Shown: piece after piece, positions 20,761-31,658 of the stretch
How the letters are laid out: each line of letters opens with the position of its first letter
Position numbering within the stretch: the stretch's first letter is position 1
Assembly (NCBI GenBank): GCA_050250695.1
Contig: JBFWOE010000002.1
Span: 2,579-66,578 of the forward strand
Length of the DNA: 64,000 bases
Source: Burkholderiales bacterium
GTDB taxonomy: Bacteria > Pseudomonadota > Gammaproteobacteria > Burkholderiales > SG8-41
Direction: 5' to 3'
Position numbers and translations under genes: made by a program
The notes under the pieces: generated by a model
The model's input: the letters and a program-made list of their open reading frames with translations, nothing else
What the model was told of the DNA's origin: nothing
Databases searched by the model: none

Positions 20761-20804
20761 CAAACCAAAAGAAACGCCCGCCATCAGTACTGCTCGGCGG
20801 GCGC
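20761..20804 (-). terminator. rho-independent terminator after rplY
   Basis: On the minus strand, CGCCCGCC-(13-nt loop)-GGCGGGCG is followed by TTTCTTTTGGTTT. Confidence 0.5.
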
Positions 20805-20842
20805 AGCCGGATGCCGCCAGCCGGGACAGGCTGGCGCACCCA

Positions 20843-21562
20843 TTACTTCTTCTCTGCAGGCTTCTTGTCGGCTTCCTTCTTGTCGCCGGCAGCCGGTGCA
20901 GCCCCTCCGGCAGCAGCACCGGCAGCCGCAGCGGCTTCGGGTGCCTGGCCGGTGATCTCGGTAACCGGTGCGGCGGTTTCCTCGACCGCGATTTCCCTCG
21001 GCACCTGCACCGTAACCACCGACGGATTATCGGCCTTCAGCTTGGGCAGGGGTTCGACGCCGGCAGGCAGCTTCAGTTCGGAAACGTGTATCGAATGCCC
21101 CAGTTCCAGGTCCTTGAGGTCGACTTCGATGTATTCCGGCAGGTTATCCGGCAGGCACTGTATCTCGAGCTCGTTGATGATGTGCTGGACGACACCTTTG
21201 CCCACCTTCACACCCGGAGAAACCTCGGCATTCATGAAGTGCAGCGGCACCGCCATGTGAATTTTCTTTTTCGGATCGACGCGCTGGAAATCGACGTGCT
21301 GGACCTGCTCTTTCCACGGATGCATCTGGAAATCGCGCAGCAGCACGCGGTCCTTCTGGCCCTCGACGGTCAGGTCGAGAATCGAGGCATGAAAGGCCTC
21401 GAGCTTCAGGTGGCGCAGCAGCGCCTTGTGGTCGAACTCGACTGATTGCGCATCCTTGCCGGCGCCGTAAACGACGCCGGGGACACGCCCCGTCGCACGC
21501 AGGCGGCGGCTCGCACCCTTGCCCTCTTTCGTGCGCGGAAACGCGGTAACTTCGATCTTCAT
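20843..21562 (-). CDS. rplY: 50S ribosomal protein L25 / general stress protein Ctc
   Basis: Start at ATG 21562 (GGAGAG upstream). L25 fold N-terminus (REGKGASRRLRATGRVPGVVYG) and an Ala/Lys-rich C-terminal tail. Confidence 0.9.
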   Translation of the reverse strand: MKIEVTAFPRTKEGKGASRRLRATGRVPGVVYGAGKDAQSVEFDHKALLRHLKLEAFHASILDLTVEGQKDRVLLRDFQMHPWKEQVQHVDFQRVDPKKKIHMAVPLHFMNAEVSPGVKVGKGVVQHIINELEIQCLPDNLPEYIEVDLKDLELGHSIHVSELKLPAGVEPLPKLKADNPSVVTVQVPREIAVEETAAPVTEITGQAPEAAAAAGAAAGGAAPAAGDKKEADKKPAEKK

Positions 21563-21649
21563 TTCACACTCTCCAGTAGTTGCGGGAAGTCCGCGACCAG
21601 ACATTCCCGCGTTAAAAGGAAGCCGGAAAACCCGGCTCCCGCCAAAAAC

Positions 21650-22600
21650 CTATTCGACAAACAGCGAACTCACCGAATCTTCAGCACTGATGCGGCGCAT
21701 CGTTTCCGCCACCAGGCCCGATACCGTCAGCACGCGGATCTTCGCGCACTGGCGCGCCGCCTCAGTCAGCGGAATGGTGTCCGTGACCACGATTTCATCG
21801 AGAGCCGATCCGCTGATTCGTTCGACCGCCTGGCCCGACAGAACCGCGTGCGTGCAGTAAGCAAGCACCTTTTCGGCGCCCTGCTTCTTCAGCGCCCCCG
21901 CCGCTTCGCACAGCGTGTTCGCGGTGTCGACCATGTCGTCGACAATGACGCAGGTGCGCCCTGCCACTTCGCCGATGATGTTCATCACCGTTGCCACATT
22001 CGGCCGCGGCCGGCGTTTGTCGATGATGGCGAGATCGGCTTCCAGCCGTTTCGCCAGTGCCCTTGCCCGCACCACGCCGCCGACGTCCGGCGACACCACC
22101 ACCAGCTGCTTGTAATCGTGTTTCCAGATGTCCCCGAGCAATATCGGCCCGGAATAGATATTGTCCACCGGGATGTCGAAAAAACCCTGGATCTGTTCCG
22201 AGTGCAGATCCATCGTCAGCACGCGGTCCACGCCGACGCTGGTCATCATGTTCGCCACCACCTTGGCGGTGATCGGCACCCGCGCCGAACTCGGCCGACG
22301 GTCCTGGCGTGCATATCCCATGTAGGGAATGGCCGCAGTCACCCGGCCTGCCGATGCACGCTTCAGCGCATCGACCATCACCAGCAATTCCATCAGGTTG
22401 TCGTTGGTCGGCGCGCAGATCGACTGCAGTATGAACACATCCTTGCCGCGGACGTTTTCGAGGATTTCCACCATCACCTCGCCGTCGCTGAAGCGGCCGA
22501 CCTTGGCACGGCCGATGTGGATGTCGAGATGGCTCACCACCGCCTCCGCCAGCCGCGGATTGGCATTGCCGGTAAACACCATCATCCTGTCTAACGCCAC
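21650..22600 (-). CDS. prs: ribose-phosphate pyrophosphokinase
   Basis: [13 protein letters not shown]-terminus, PRPP-binding loop and [17 protein letters not shown]. The start is placed at GTG 22600 (GGGGG 6 nt upstream), with alternative ATGs at 22585/22582. The longer ORF-track N-terminus overlaps tRNA-Gln and is rejected. Confidence 0.9.
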   Translation of the reverse strand: MALDRMMVFTGNANPRLAEAVVSHLDIHIGRAKVGRFSDGEVMVEILENVRGKDVFILQSICAPTNDNLMELLVMVDALKRASAGRVTAAIPYMGYARQDRRPSSARVPITAKVVANMMTSVGVDRVLTMDLHSEQIQGFFDIPVDNIYSGPILLGDIWKHDYKQLVVVSPDVGGVVRARALAKRLEADLAIIDKRRPRPNVATVMNIIGEVAGRTCVIVDDMVDTANTLCEAAGALKKQGAEKVLAYCTHAVLSGQAVERISGSALDEIVVTDTIPLTEAARQCAKIRVLTVSGLVAETMRRISAEDSVSSLFVE

Positions 22601-22641
22601 CGCACACCCCCGATTCAAACCCGTGACCTGCAGCAACCAGG

Positions 22642-22718
22642 TGGCTGGGGAGGAAGGATTCGAACCTTCGCATGCCGGAATCAAAATCCGGTGCCTTAAC
22701 CAGCTTGGCGACTCCCCA
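22642..22718 (-). tRNA. tRNA-Gln (anticodon UUG)
   Basis: The reverse complement reads TGGGGAGTCGCCAAGCTGGTTAAGGCACCGGATTTTGATTCCGGCATGCGAAGGTTCGAATCCTTCCTCCCCAGCCA. Anticodon loop TTTTGAT, closely similar to E. coli tRNA-Gln, embedded between ispE and prs. Confidence 0.9.
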
Positions 22719-22755
22719 ACCGAACCTTCCGCGCACGACTGCTTCAGCAGCCGCG

Positions 22756-23604
22756 TCAGTCATCCAGATACTCCGCAAGTCCGTGCAGCGGATGCACATC
22801 GAGACCACGCGCCACAAACCCCCGCATGTCCCGGGGACAGGCGGCCAGAGTGCGCCGCGCTGCGGCCTCGTCGGCAAATTCCGCGAAGACACAGGCGCCC
22901 GAACCCGTCATCTGCGCCTTGCCCGCCGTCTTCAGCCACTCCAGGTGCCGGGCCACCTCCGGGAACGCCCGGCAGACCACCGGCTCCAGATCGTTGCCCC
23001 CGGGCACGGAAAAGCCTTGTATTTTAATCTTTTCCGAGTTTCGTTTCAAATCCGGATCTCGGAAAACCTCTGCCGTGGACACCGCCACCGGCGGCACCAG
23101 CACCAGATACCATGCCGGGGACAGTGCCAGGGGGGCCAGCACCTCACCCACGCCTTCCGCCACCGCGCTCTGGCCATGGATGAATACTGGAACATCAGCC
23201 CCCAGCGGCAAGGCTATTTCCTGCAAGCGCTTGCGCGACAACCCGGTTTGCCAAAGGTGATTCAGGGCCAGCAGCACCGTCGCCGCATCCGAACTGCCTC
23301 CGCCAAGACCGCCGCCCATCGGCAACCTTTTTTCGACATGAATGTCCGCCCCCAGGGACGTGCCGGTCGCCGTACGCAGTGCCCGTGCCGCACGCAGCGT
23401 CAGGTCGTCAGCCTCAGGCACTCCCGGCAAAGGCCGGACAATCGACAGGACGCCGTCTGTACGCACGCGCAGCTGCACGGTATCGCCATGATCAATGAAG
23501 CGGAACACCGTCTGCAGCAGATGATAGCCGTCGGCGCGCCGGCCGGTGACCCGCAGCATCAGGTTGAGCTTGGCGGGAGCGGGAAATCCGATCCACCTGG
23601 TCAC
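22756..23604 (-). CDS. ispE: 4-diphosphocytidyl-2-C-methyl-D-erythritol kinase
   Basis: [22 protein letters not shown]-terminus and the GHMP kinase motif [14 protein letters not shown]. Confidence 0.9.
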   Translation of the reverse strand: MTRWIGFPAPAKLNLMLRVTGRRADGYHLLQTVFRFIDHGDTVQLRVRTDGVLSIVRPLPGVPEADDLTLRAARALRTATGTSLGADIHVEKRLPMGGGLGGGSSDAATVLLALNHLWQTGLSRKRLQEIALPLGADVPVFIHGQSAVAEGVGEVLAPLALSPAWYLVLVPPVAVSTAEVFRDPDLKRNSEKIKIQGFSVPGGNDLEPVVCRAFPEVARHLEWLKTAGKAQMTGSGACVFAEFADEAAARRTLAACPRDMRGFVARGLDVHPLHGLAEYLDD

Positions 23605-24173
23605 CGCATTTCTCCGCCTCGCCAGTCATCGATGACGAGGCGAATCTGCCGGCCGTCCCGGACCATGTCCAACCGCCGCGGACGTTGCGCGTCTCCGGCC
23701 GTATCCGCATACACAAAACGGATCGTCCATCCGTCCTGGCCCAGGGCTGCCAGCCGGCCGCGTGTGTCGCGGCTGACGTTTGCAATGGCTCCTTCCGGAG
23801 CGACGTTGCCCTGTATCCAGTGCTGCAGGCGGGTCAGCGGCAGTGCCCAGCCGAACGCGCTTTCGGTGAGGGCTTCCACGGTCCCGGCACGGTAGACCTG
23901 CTGGTCGGCGGCGGTCAGCGTTGCGCCGGCGGCATCTGCAACGATATGCGCCAGCGTCTGACCAACCGGCGACATCAGCCAGATCTCGTGCCCCCCCGTA
24001 TCGTGGCGCCAGCGCAGGTTGGACGAAAATGCGCGGCCGGCGCTGCCGGCCAGCACGCGGCCGAGCATGTCAAACGATGCGGCCGGCGGGACAACGTCGT
24101 CCGGGGCGAACGACGCGCAGCCGGCGAACAGCATCGCCATCGCGATCGCCGCCTGCGCACGGACACGGATCAT
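23601..24173 (-). CDS. lolB: outer-membrane lipoprotein receptor LolB
   Basis: Start at ATG 24173, overlapping the upstream stop (ATGA). Lipobox LFAGC. Conserved position upstream of ispE. The sequence assignment rests mostly on synteny and size. Confidence 0.75.
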   Translation of the reverse strand: MIRVRAQAAIAMAMLFAGCASFAPDDVVPPAASFDMLGRVLAGSAGRAFSSNLRWRHDTGGHEIWLMSPVGQTLAHIVADAAGATLTAADQQVYRAGTVEALTESAFGWALPLTRLQHWIQGNVAPEGAIANVSRDTRGRLAALGQDGWTIRFVYADTAGDAQRPRRLDMVRDGRQIRLVIDDWRGGEMR

Positions 24174-25933
24174 TGCGCCGATTGGAGTATTGCGGGAGCC
24201 AGGCGCTTCACAGTGCCTTGCAGCACCTCGTTTTTGGCATGCTCGCGCAGCGCCTCGGCCCACAGCTTCCGCGCTTCTTCCTGGCGGCCGAGTGTCCACA
24301 GCACTTCGCCCAGATGGGCGGCGATTTCACCGTCGGGACGCAGCTCATAGGCACGCTGCAGATGGCCCAGTGCCTCCTGGTTCTGACCCAGGCGATACAG
24401 CACCCAGCCCAGGCTGTCGAGGATGAAAGGATCCTCCGGTGCCAGTTTGTGCGCTGTTTCAATCAGCGTCCGCGCCTCGGGCAGGCGCAGGTTGCGATCA
24501 GCCAGCGAATAGCCCAGCGCATTGTAAGCGTGCGCGTGGGTGGGTCTCATCTCGATGACCCGGCGCAGATTGGACTCCAGCACGTCGATGCGGTTGACCT
24601 TTTCCGCCGCCATCGCAAAGTCATAAAGCAGGTCGGGGATGTCCGGGGCACGCGCCACGGCTTGGGCGAGGAATTCAAAAGCTTCCTGGTGAGCGTTTGC
24701 TTGGCGCAGCAGATTGGCTTCAGCCAGCGTCAACTGGGTGCGCTGCTGCGCATCGCCGGCGTTGACACCTTGCAGGTACTGGCGCGCCTCGGCCAGTTTG
24801 CCCTGTTTGGCCAGTACGCCGGCATACCGGGCTTGCGCCGCGACAAACTGCTCGCCGTGGGTAATGCTCGAATACCAGCGCAGCGCCTCTTCGGGGCGCT
24901 GCAATTCCTCGTTGACCTGGCCGAGATACATCCGCACCGCGTCAGGATTCTTCGGCTTGATTTCCAGCGCGCGTTTCAACTGCATTTCGGCGGCGACGTA
25001 ATCCTTCGCCTGCATCGACAGCGTGGCGACCGCGAGGGCGATCTCAGCATTGTTCGGCGCCTCGCCGAGCAGAATGCCGAACTGTTTGCGCGCTTCCGGA
25101 TACTGCCGCGCACTCACCAGCAGGCGCGCGTAATTGAGCCTTACATCCTTGGCCCCGGGATGGACCTTGAGAAACCCCTCGAGGAAAGAAATCGCCTCGG
25201 CATTCGAAATGCGCTGCAGCGCACGGGCCTGGAACAGGGCGGCAAGTTCCCAGCCCGGGCGCAGCCTGAGGGCCTCGCGCGCGGCCTCCAGGGCGGCAGG
25301 CTGGTCCTGCGCATTCGCCGCCGCCTGCGCCACCGCGAGGCTGGCTTCGGGCACAGCCGGATGTCGCGCCGCCAGAGCACGAAACAGGCGCAATATCGCG
25401 GGTTTGTCCTGATGGGCAGCCACCAGCGCCGACAATTGCAGGAAATTCCGGCCGACGTGCGCCGGGTCGCCCTCCAGCCATTTCTCCAGGTGGGGAACGG
25501 CATCGTCGAGGCGCGACTGGTTGACGAGCAACGCGATGACCGTCTGCCGCGCGCGGGCGGATTGCGGGTCGGACTGCAGCCACAGCGTCGCCGCCTCCAG
25601 CGCCGCCGGCAGGAAACGCGCGTTCCAAGCGATCTCCGTGGCTCGGCGCGCCACCCGCGGATCTTTCGTCTCGCGCGCCACCTCAAGGAATGCCGGCACC
25701 GCCACGTGCGGCTGACCGCGCTGGGCGGCAATTTCAGCCAGCGTCAGCTTGAACAGCAGGTCTTCGTTCAGTTCGAGGTGCGGCAGCGGCAACACCCGCG
25801 GTGCCATCGCCTGGCCGACGACCTTGGGCAGGGGTTTGGGGGCCACTGCGGCCGCGTCGGGTTTGACCGGGGACTGCGCGCAGGCGCCCAGTGCGAGGCT
25901 GATGCCCAGCGCTGCAATTCGGATGAGTTTCAT
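24170..25933 (-). CDS. tetratricopeptide-repeat lipoprotein
   Basis: Start at ATG 25933 (MKLIRIAALGISLALGAC lipobox). TPR units run throughout. Conserved partner upstream of lolB-ispE-prs in proteobacteria. Confidence 0.75.
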   Translation of the reverse strand: MKLIRIAALGISLALGACAQSPVKPDAAAVAPKPLPKVVGQAMAPRVLPLPHLELNEDLLFKLTLAEIAAQRGQPHVAVPAFLEVARETKDPRVARRATEIAWNARFLPAALEAATLWLQSDPQSARARQTVIALLVNQSRLDDAVPHLEKWLEGDPAHVGRNFLQLSALVAAHQDKPAILRLFRALAARHPAVPEASLAVAQAAANAQDQPAALEAAREALRLRPGWELAALFQARALQRISNAEAISFLEGFLKVHPGAKDVRLNYARLLVSARQYPEARKQFGILLGEAPNNAEIALAVATLSMQAKDYVAAEMQLKRALEIKPKNPDAVRMYLGQVNEELQRPEEALRWYSSITHGEQFVAAQARYAGVLAKQGKLAEARQYLQGVNAGDAQQRTQLTLAEANLLRQANAHQEAFEFLAQAVARAPDIPDLLYDFAMAAEKVNRIDVLESNLRRVIEMRPTHAHAYNALGYSLADRNLRLPEARTLIETAHKLAPEDPFILDSLGWVLYRLGQNQEALGHLQRAYELRPDGEIAAHLGEVLWTLGRQEEARKLWAEALREHAKNEVLQGTVKRLAPAILQSAQ

Positions 25934-26078
25934 GGGGTGATCGGAATGCGCGTTGCCGCCGCCGGAACGATGCGTTGCTGCACGATGCGCAAACGCCTTC
26001 ATAATGAGTCACATATTAGGTATATTTGTTGTTTACCACAAGACAACTTGCCGCCGGGCAACAGTCTACCCGCCGTTG

Positions 26079-27023
26079 ATGATTCCAGACGACCCTGCAT
26101 TGACCGTTTGCGCTCGGGGTCTGTCACGCCGGTTCAACAGCCACATTGCCGTCGATGTGCTTGATCTCGACCTCAGGCGCGGCGAAATACTCGGCCTGCT
26201 CGGGCCCAACGGCGCCGGAAAAACCACCACCATGCAGATGCTCACTGGCAATCTCGCCCCCAGTGCGGGCGAAATCCGCATCTGCTCATTCGACCTGCTT
26301 GAAGTCCCGGCCCGCGCCAAGGCCTGCATCGGTTACCTTCCGGAAACCCCGCCGCTGTACCGGGAATTGAACGTCGGCGAATACCTGCATCTTGCGGCGC
26401 GCCTGCACCGCGTTGCCGGAAACCGCCGTGATGCTGCCGTGGCACAGGCCATCCGGCGTTGCGGCCTGAAGGAAGTCGCCCGCAAACTGATCGGCTCGCT
26501 TTCGAAGGGCTACCAGCAGCGCGTCGGCATCGCCCAGGCCATCGTGCACGAACCCGACATCATCATCCTCGACGAACCGACCGTGGGACTCGATCCCAAC
26601 CAGATCCTAGAGATCCGCGCCCTGATCCGCGAACTCGGCGAAAAACACAGCGTCATCCTGTCCACGCACATACTGCAGGAAGTCGAAGCGGTCTGCGACC
26701 GCGTGCAGATCATGCACCACGGCAAAATGGTGTTCAGCGACACGGTGGCCGGCCTGCGCGCAACCCACAACGGCCGCTCCATCAGCATCATCCTGCGCCA
26801 ACCGCCGGCAATCGCGGTGCTGCGCGACATCGCGGGCGTCGAGTCCGTCGACGACGAAGGCGCCGGCCGCTTCCGCATCCGTTTCGCTCCGGATGCGGAC
26901 CCGACTCCGACGCTGGTCAGTCGCGCCGGAACCGAAAACTGGGGGCTGCAGCAGCTTGCGCCGGCGCAGACCAGTCTCGAGGAAGTTTTCGTGCAACTGA
27001 CCAGGGACGGGGCGGCGCCATGA
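26079..27023 (+). CDS. ABC transporter ATP-binding protein (ABC-2/GldA-like)
   Basis: Walker A GPNGAGKTT, signature LSKGYQQR and Walker B IIILDEPTVGLD. ATG 26079 was chosen because the longer ORF N-terminus is non-homologous. Confidence 0.85.
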   Translation: MIPDDPALTVCARGLSRRFNSHIAVDVLDLDLRRGEILGLLGPNGAGKTTTMQMLTGNLAPSAGEIRICSFDLLEVPARAKACIGYLPETPPLYRELNVGEYLHLAARLHRVAGNRRDAAVAQAIRRCGLKEVARKLIGSLSKGYQQRVGIAQAIVHEPDIIILDEPTVGLDPNQILEIRALIRELGEKHSVILSTHILQEVEAVCDRVQIMHHGKMVFSDTVAGLRATHNGRSISIILRQPPAIAVLRDIAGVESVDDEGAGRFRIRFAPDADPTPTLVSRAGTENWGLQQLAPAQTSLEEVFVQLTRDGAAP

Positions 27024-27790
27024 TCTTCACCATCGCCGGCAAGGAACTGCGCTCGCTGTTTGCTTCGCCCCTGGCATGGCTGGTGCTGACGGTGGTGCAG
27101 GTCATTCTCGGATACGGGTTCCTGAAACGGCTCGACGATTTCCTGCAGATCCAGTCGCAGCTTGCACGGCTGGCCAGCCCGCCGGGTGTGACCGAACTGG
27201 TGGCCGCGCCGACCTACGCCACTGCGGCCGCCGTGCTGCTGTTTGCGGTGCCGCTGCTCGCCATGCGCATGATCGCCGAGGAACGCCGCAACCAGACCAT
27301 GACGCTGCTGCTTTCGGCACCGATATCGATGACCGAAATCGTCATCGGCAAATTCGTCGGACTGACCGCATTCCTGCTGCTGATCGTGCTGCAGGTTCTG
27401 GTGATGCCCTTGATGCTTGCCGCCAGTACCGCACTTGATTTCGGACTGCTCGGCACACTGACGCTGGCATTGCTGCTGCTCGCCGCGGGCTTTGCCGCAG
27501 TGGGGCTCTACGCCTCCAGTCTCACCACGCAACCGGTTGCGGCCGCACTGATTGCCTTCGGACTGCTGCTGGCGATGCTGTTCGCCGGAGAAACCGCCGG
27601 CGACACCCTGCGCGCGCGCGGCTGGCCGGTACCGGCCGCGCTGGCGCAGGTATTTTCCCCGCTGCGCAATTTCGAACCGCTGGGCAAAGGCATCATCGAC
27701 AGCTACGCCATCACCTGCGCGCTGCTGCTGGCGGCGGGGTTTCTGGTGCTCACCGTGCGCCGGCTCGACGGCCAGCGGCTGCGGGGCTAG
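27020..27790 (+). CDS. ABC-2 type transporter permease (GldF-like)
   Basis: ATG overlaps the ATPase stop (ATGA at 27020-27023). About six TM helices. N-terminus MIFTIAGKELRSLFASPLAW is typical of ABC-2 permeases. Confidence 0.75.
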   Translation: MIFTIAGKELRSLFASPLAWLVLTVVQVILGYGFLKRLDDFLQIQSQLARLASPPGVTELVAAPTYATAAAVLLFAVPLLAMRMIAEERRNQTMTLLLSAPISMTEIVIGKFVGLTAFLLLIVLQVLVMPLMLAASTALDFGLLGTLTLALLLLAAGFAAVGLYASSLTTQPVAAALIAFGLLLAMLFAGETAGDTLRARGWPVPAALAQVFSPLRNFEPLGKGIIDSYAITCALLLAAGFLVLTVRRLDGQRLRG

Positions 27791-27791
27791 A

Positions 27792-29153
27792 GTGCAAGCC
27801 ACGCCCCGCATGCGCCGCCAGCTTGCCGCCCAAAGCGGCATGTTCCTGCTGCTGCTCGTGCTGCTGGTGGCACTGCTCGCCTACCTGGCGCGGGAATACC
27901 GCATCGAACTCGACGTCACCCGCGGCGCGCGCAACACGCTGTCGCCCGCGACCCTCGGAGCGCTGCGGCAGATGCAGGGGCCGGTGACCGTCAGTGCCTA
28001 TGCGGTGCGCCAGGATGCGAGCGGAAACAATGTGCACAAGGCGATTGAAGAACGCTTGCGTCCCTACCAGCGCACCAAACCCGATCTGCAGTTGCGGCTG
28101 ATCGACCCGCGTGAACAGCCCAAGCTGGCCGCGGAAGCGGGCTTGCGCTCGCCGAACACGCTGGTAATCGAATACCAGCGGCGCAGCGAGCAGATTCCGC
28201 TGGGCGAATTCAACGAGCAGGCACTGGCCAATGTTCTGGTGCGCCTGATGCGGGGCGCCAACAACCTGGTGCTGTGGCTGGACGGGCACGGTGAACGCCG
28301 CCTCGACGGCTCCGCCAACCATGATCTCGGCAGCTTCGGCCAGAGGCTGCGCGAAAAAGGATTCACCCTCAGTGGCATCAACCTCGGCCTCGCCCAGGAC
28401 GTGCCGGCGAACACCGCGGTGCTGGTGATCACCCATCCCCAGGCTGACCTGCAACCGGCGGAAACGGAAAAACTGCTGCGTTACCTCGATCGCGGTGGCA
28501 ACCTGCTGTGGATGATCGACACCGAGCCCTTGCGCGGATTGCAGCCGCTGGCCGAAAAACTCGGTCTGGTGCTGACTCCAGGCACCGTGGTCGACCCGGC
28601 GCTGGCGCCGCGCAGCGGTCCGCCGGTGTTCGCGGTCGCCGCCAATTATGCACGCCATGCCGTGGTGGGCACCCTGCAGTACAACACCCTGTTCCCCCAC
28701 GCCCGCCAGATCGGCGCCGACGACAGTGCGGGATGGCGGATAACGCCGCTCATCGACGTCGCCCCCCGCGGCTGGGTCGAAGTCGGCAAACTCGGCGCCA
28801 AACCGGTGTTCGACAAATCCCGCGATTTTCCGGGGCCCGTCAATGTCGCCAGCGCGTTCGAACGCACCGTCGGCGACCGCGAACAGCGGGTCATCGTCGT
28901 CGGCACCGGCCATTTCCTGTCGAACAGTTTTATCGGTAACGGCGGCAACCTGGTGCTGGGTACCGGCATGCTCAACTGGCTGGCCGGAGAAGATGCCCTG
29001 GTCGCCATCGATCCGCGGCCGGCGCCGGACACCCAGATCGATATCGATGGCGTGCGCCTTTACCTGATTGCTTTCGTCGTGCTGATATTGCTGCCGATCA
29101 CATTCGCCGCCACCGGTTTCACCGTCTGGTGGCGCCGGCGCAACGCGCACTGA
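27792..29153 (+). CDS. GldG-like ABC transporter auxiliary protein
   Basis: N- and C-terminal TM anchors flank a large periplasmic domain, with order and size as in GldG-family proteins. GTG 27792 lies 1 nt after the permease stop. ATG 27810 (MRRQLAAQ) is an alternative start. Confidence 0.65.
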   Translation: MQATPRMRRQLAAQSGMFLLLLVLLVALLAYLAREYRIELDVTRGARNTLSPATLGALRQMQGPVTVSAYAVRQDASGNNVHKAIEERLRPYQRTKPDLQLRLIDPREQPKLAAEAGLRSPNTLVIEYQRRSEQIPLGEFNEQALANVLVRLMRGANNLVLWLDGHGERRLDGSANHDLGSFGQRLREKGFTLSGINLGLAQDVPANTAVLVITHPQADLQPAETEKLLRYLDRGGNLLWMIDTEPLRGLQPLAEKLGLVLTPGTVVDPALAPRSGPPVFAVAANYARHAVVGTLQYNTLFPHARQIGADDSAGWRITPLIDVAPRGWVEVGKLGAKPVFDKSRDFPGPVNVASAFERTVGDREQRVIVVGTGHFLSNSFIGNGGNLVLGTGMLNWLAGEDALVAIDPRPAPDTQIDIDGVRLYLIAFVVLILLPITFAATGFTVWWRRRNAH

Positions 29154-29167
29154 TTGCAGCAGGGCCC

Positions 29168-30019
29168 ATGAACCGCGGCTGGCTGGTCAATCTCGGCATG
29201 CTCGGAGCGGTCGCCCTGCTGGTGTGGGCGGCGATGCGCGCGCCGTCAGGCGGCGAAACCGCAAACCCGCCGCTCTCCGCCGTCAAACCCGCGGAAGTCA
29301 GACACGTCGTGCTGTCGCGGCCAGGCCAGCCTGCGCTGGAACTGCTACGGCGGGACGAGCGCTGGATGATCACCGCACCGTTGCGCGCGCGTGCCGACGG
29401 ATTCCAGGTGCAGCGCATGCTGACAGTGCTCGAGGCGAAACCCGCCGCGCGGTTTCCGGCAAACGACCTTGACCGCTTTGATCTGCAGCTGCCCGTGGCG
29501 CTGCTGACCATTGATGGCGTCGAATATGCATTCGGCGCCATCAACACGGTTACCCGCGAACAGTACGTGAGGCGCGGCGATACCGTGTACGCCGTGTCCC
29601 TGCGCCACGGCGCGGCACTGCCCGCAAATCCGGTAGCGCTGGTGCGCCGCGTGCTGCTCAACGAAAACGAGATTCCTGCAGCCATCCTGCTGCCGGAATT
29701 CAGCGTGCGCCAGTCGGACAAACGCTGGGTGCTGGCGCCGCCCTCCGCGCAAGCCGGTGCCGACGAACTGCAGGCGTTTGTTGATCGCTGGCGCCAGGCC
29801 TCCGCCGCGCGCGCCGAGCCGCATGACGGCCGGCCGTCGCTCGCCGACGTACGTATCGAACTGCGTGCAGGTGCGCCGCTGGTCATCTCGGTAGTGCAGC
29901 GCGAACCGAACCTGGTGCTGTGGCGCCTGGACAACGGCCTGCAGTACACCTTTATGGCCGCTGCCGCCCAGGCGCTGCTGGCATATCCGGGATCTTCGGC
30001 GCCGGCCAAAAATAATTAA
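29168..30019 (+). CDS. DUF4340-like membrane-anchored protein
   Basis: ATG 29168 (MNRGWLVNLGMLGAVALLVWAAM, single N-terminal TM). Usual fourth gene of ABC-2/GldG cassettes. The assignment is from context and architecture, not a search. Confidence 0.55.
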   Translation: MNRGWLVNLGMLGAVALLVWAAMRAPSGGETANPPLSAVKPAEVRHVVLSRPGQPALELLRRDERWMITAPLRARADGFQVQRMLTVLEAKPAARFPANDLDRFDLQLPVALLTIDGVEYAFGAINTVTREQYVRRGDTVYAVSLRHGAALPANPVALVRRVLLNENEIPAAILLPEFSVRQSDKRWVLAPPSAQAGADELQAFVDRWRQASAARAEPHDGRPSLADVRIELRAGAPLVISVVQREPNLVLWRLDNGLQYTFMAAAAQALLAYPGSSAPAKNN

Positions 30020-30039
30020 TAAAAACAATAAGATATACT

Positions 30040-30873
30040 ATGCCGGAATTGCCGGAAGTCGAAACCACCCGCCGCGGACTGGCGCCGGCGGTGGAACAGC
30101 GCCAAATCGTGCGCGCCGTGGTGCGCCATCGCGGCCTGCGCCAGCCGGTACCGCGCTATCTGGAGCGGCGGCTCGCCGGCGCGCGCGTCCGCGGCCTGTC
30201 GCGCCGCGGCAAGTACCTGCTGTTCGATTGCGAGCAGCAGGATCAGCAGACCGGTACGCTGCTCGTGCACCTCGGCATGTCGGGGCGGCTGTGGCTGGTA
30301 GATGGCGCTACGCCACCGGAAAAACACGACCACTTCGATCTCGTCATGGACAACGGCCGCGTGATCCGACTGCGCGACCCGCGGCGTTTCGGACTGGTGC
30401 TGTGGCACAAAGGCGACCCGCTCGCCCATCCGCTGCTCGCCGCGATCGGACCGGAGCCGTTGACGCGGGATTTCGACGGAAGCGTTCTTTATCGCGAAAC
30501 GCGATCACGCAGCTCGGCAATCAAGCTGGTGATCATGGACAGCCATGTCGTCGCCGGTGTCGGCAACATCTATGCCAACGAAGCGCTGTTCCGTGCCGGC
30601 GTTGATCCGCGAACGCCTGCGAACCGCGTCAGCCGCGCGCGCTGTGAAACGCTGGCGCGGGAAATCAAGGCGGTGCTGGAGGAAGCGATCGAGGCTGGCG
30701 GCAGCTCGCTGCGAGACTACGTCGGCAGCGACGGCCTGGCAGGACATTTCCAGAACCGGTTTTTTGTCTACGGCCGCGCCGGCGAACCCTGTATGCGCTG
30801 CGGCGCCGACATCAGGGAAATCCGCCAGGGACAGCGCGCCACCTGCTACTGTCCGGCATGTCAGAAACGCTGA
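30040..30873 (+). CDS. mutM: formamidopyrimidine-DNA glycosylase
   Basis: MPELPEVETTRRGL catalytic N-terminus, H2TH region and a C-terminal zinc finger CMRCG...CYCPACQ. Confidence 0.95.
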   Translation: MPELPEVETTRRGLAPAVEQRQIVRAVVRHRGLRQPVPRYLERRLAGARVRGLSRRGKYLLFDCEQQDQQTGTLLVHLGMSGRLWLVDGATPPEKHDHFDLVMDNGRVIRLRDPRRFGLVLWHKGDPLAHPLLAAIGPEPLTRDFDGSVLYRETRSRSSAIKLVIMDSHVVAGVGNIYANEALFRAGVDPRTPANRVSRARCETLAREIKAVLEEAIEAGGSSLRDYVGSDGLAGHFQNRFFVYGRAGEPCMRCGADIREIRQGQRATCYCPACQKR

Positions 30874-30877
30874 CGGG

Positions 30878-31658
<781 letters not shown>

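Noticed and set aside
22601-22684. Extended prs N-terminus ([18 protein letters not shown]...) from the ORF track.
   Set aside because: It reads through the tRNA-Gln gene (22642-22718). Prs homology starts at about [15 protein letters not shown], and a GTG with a Shine-Dalgarno sequence is present at 22600.
23921-26164. 747-aa plus-strand ORF.
   Set aside because: It is antisense to lolB and the TPR lipoprotein gene. The composition is Arg/Gln/Gly-rich, and it has no motifs, Shine-Dalgarno sequence or operon logic.
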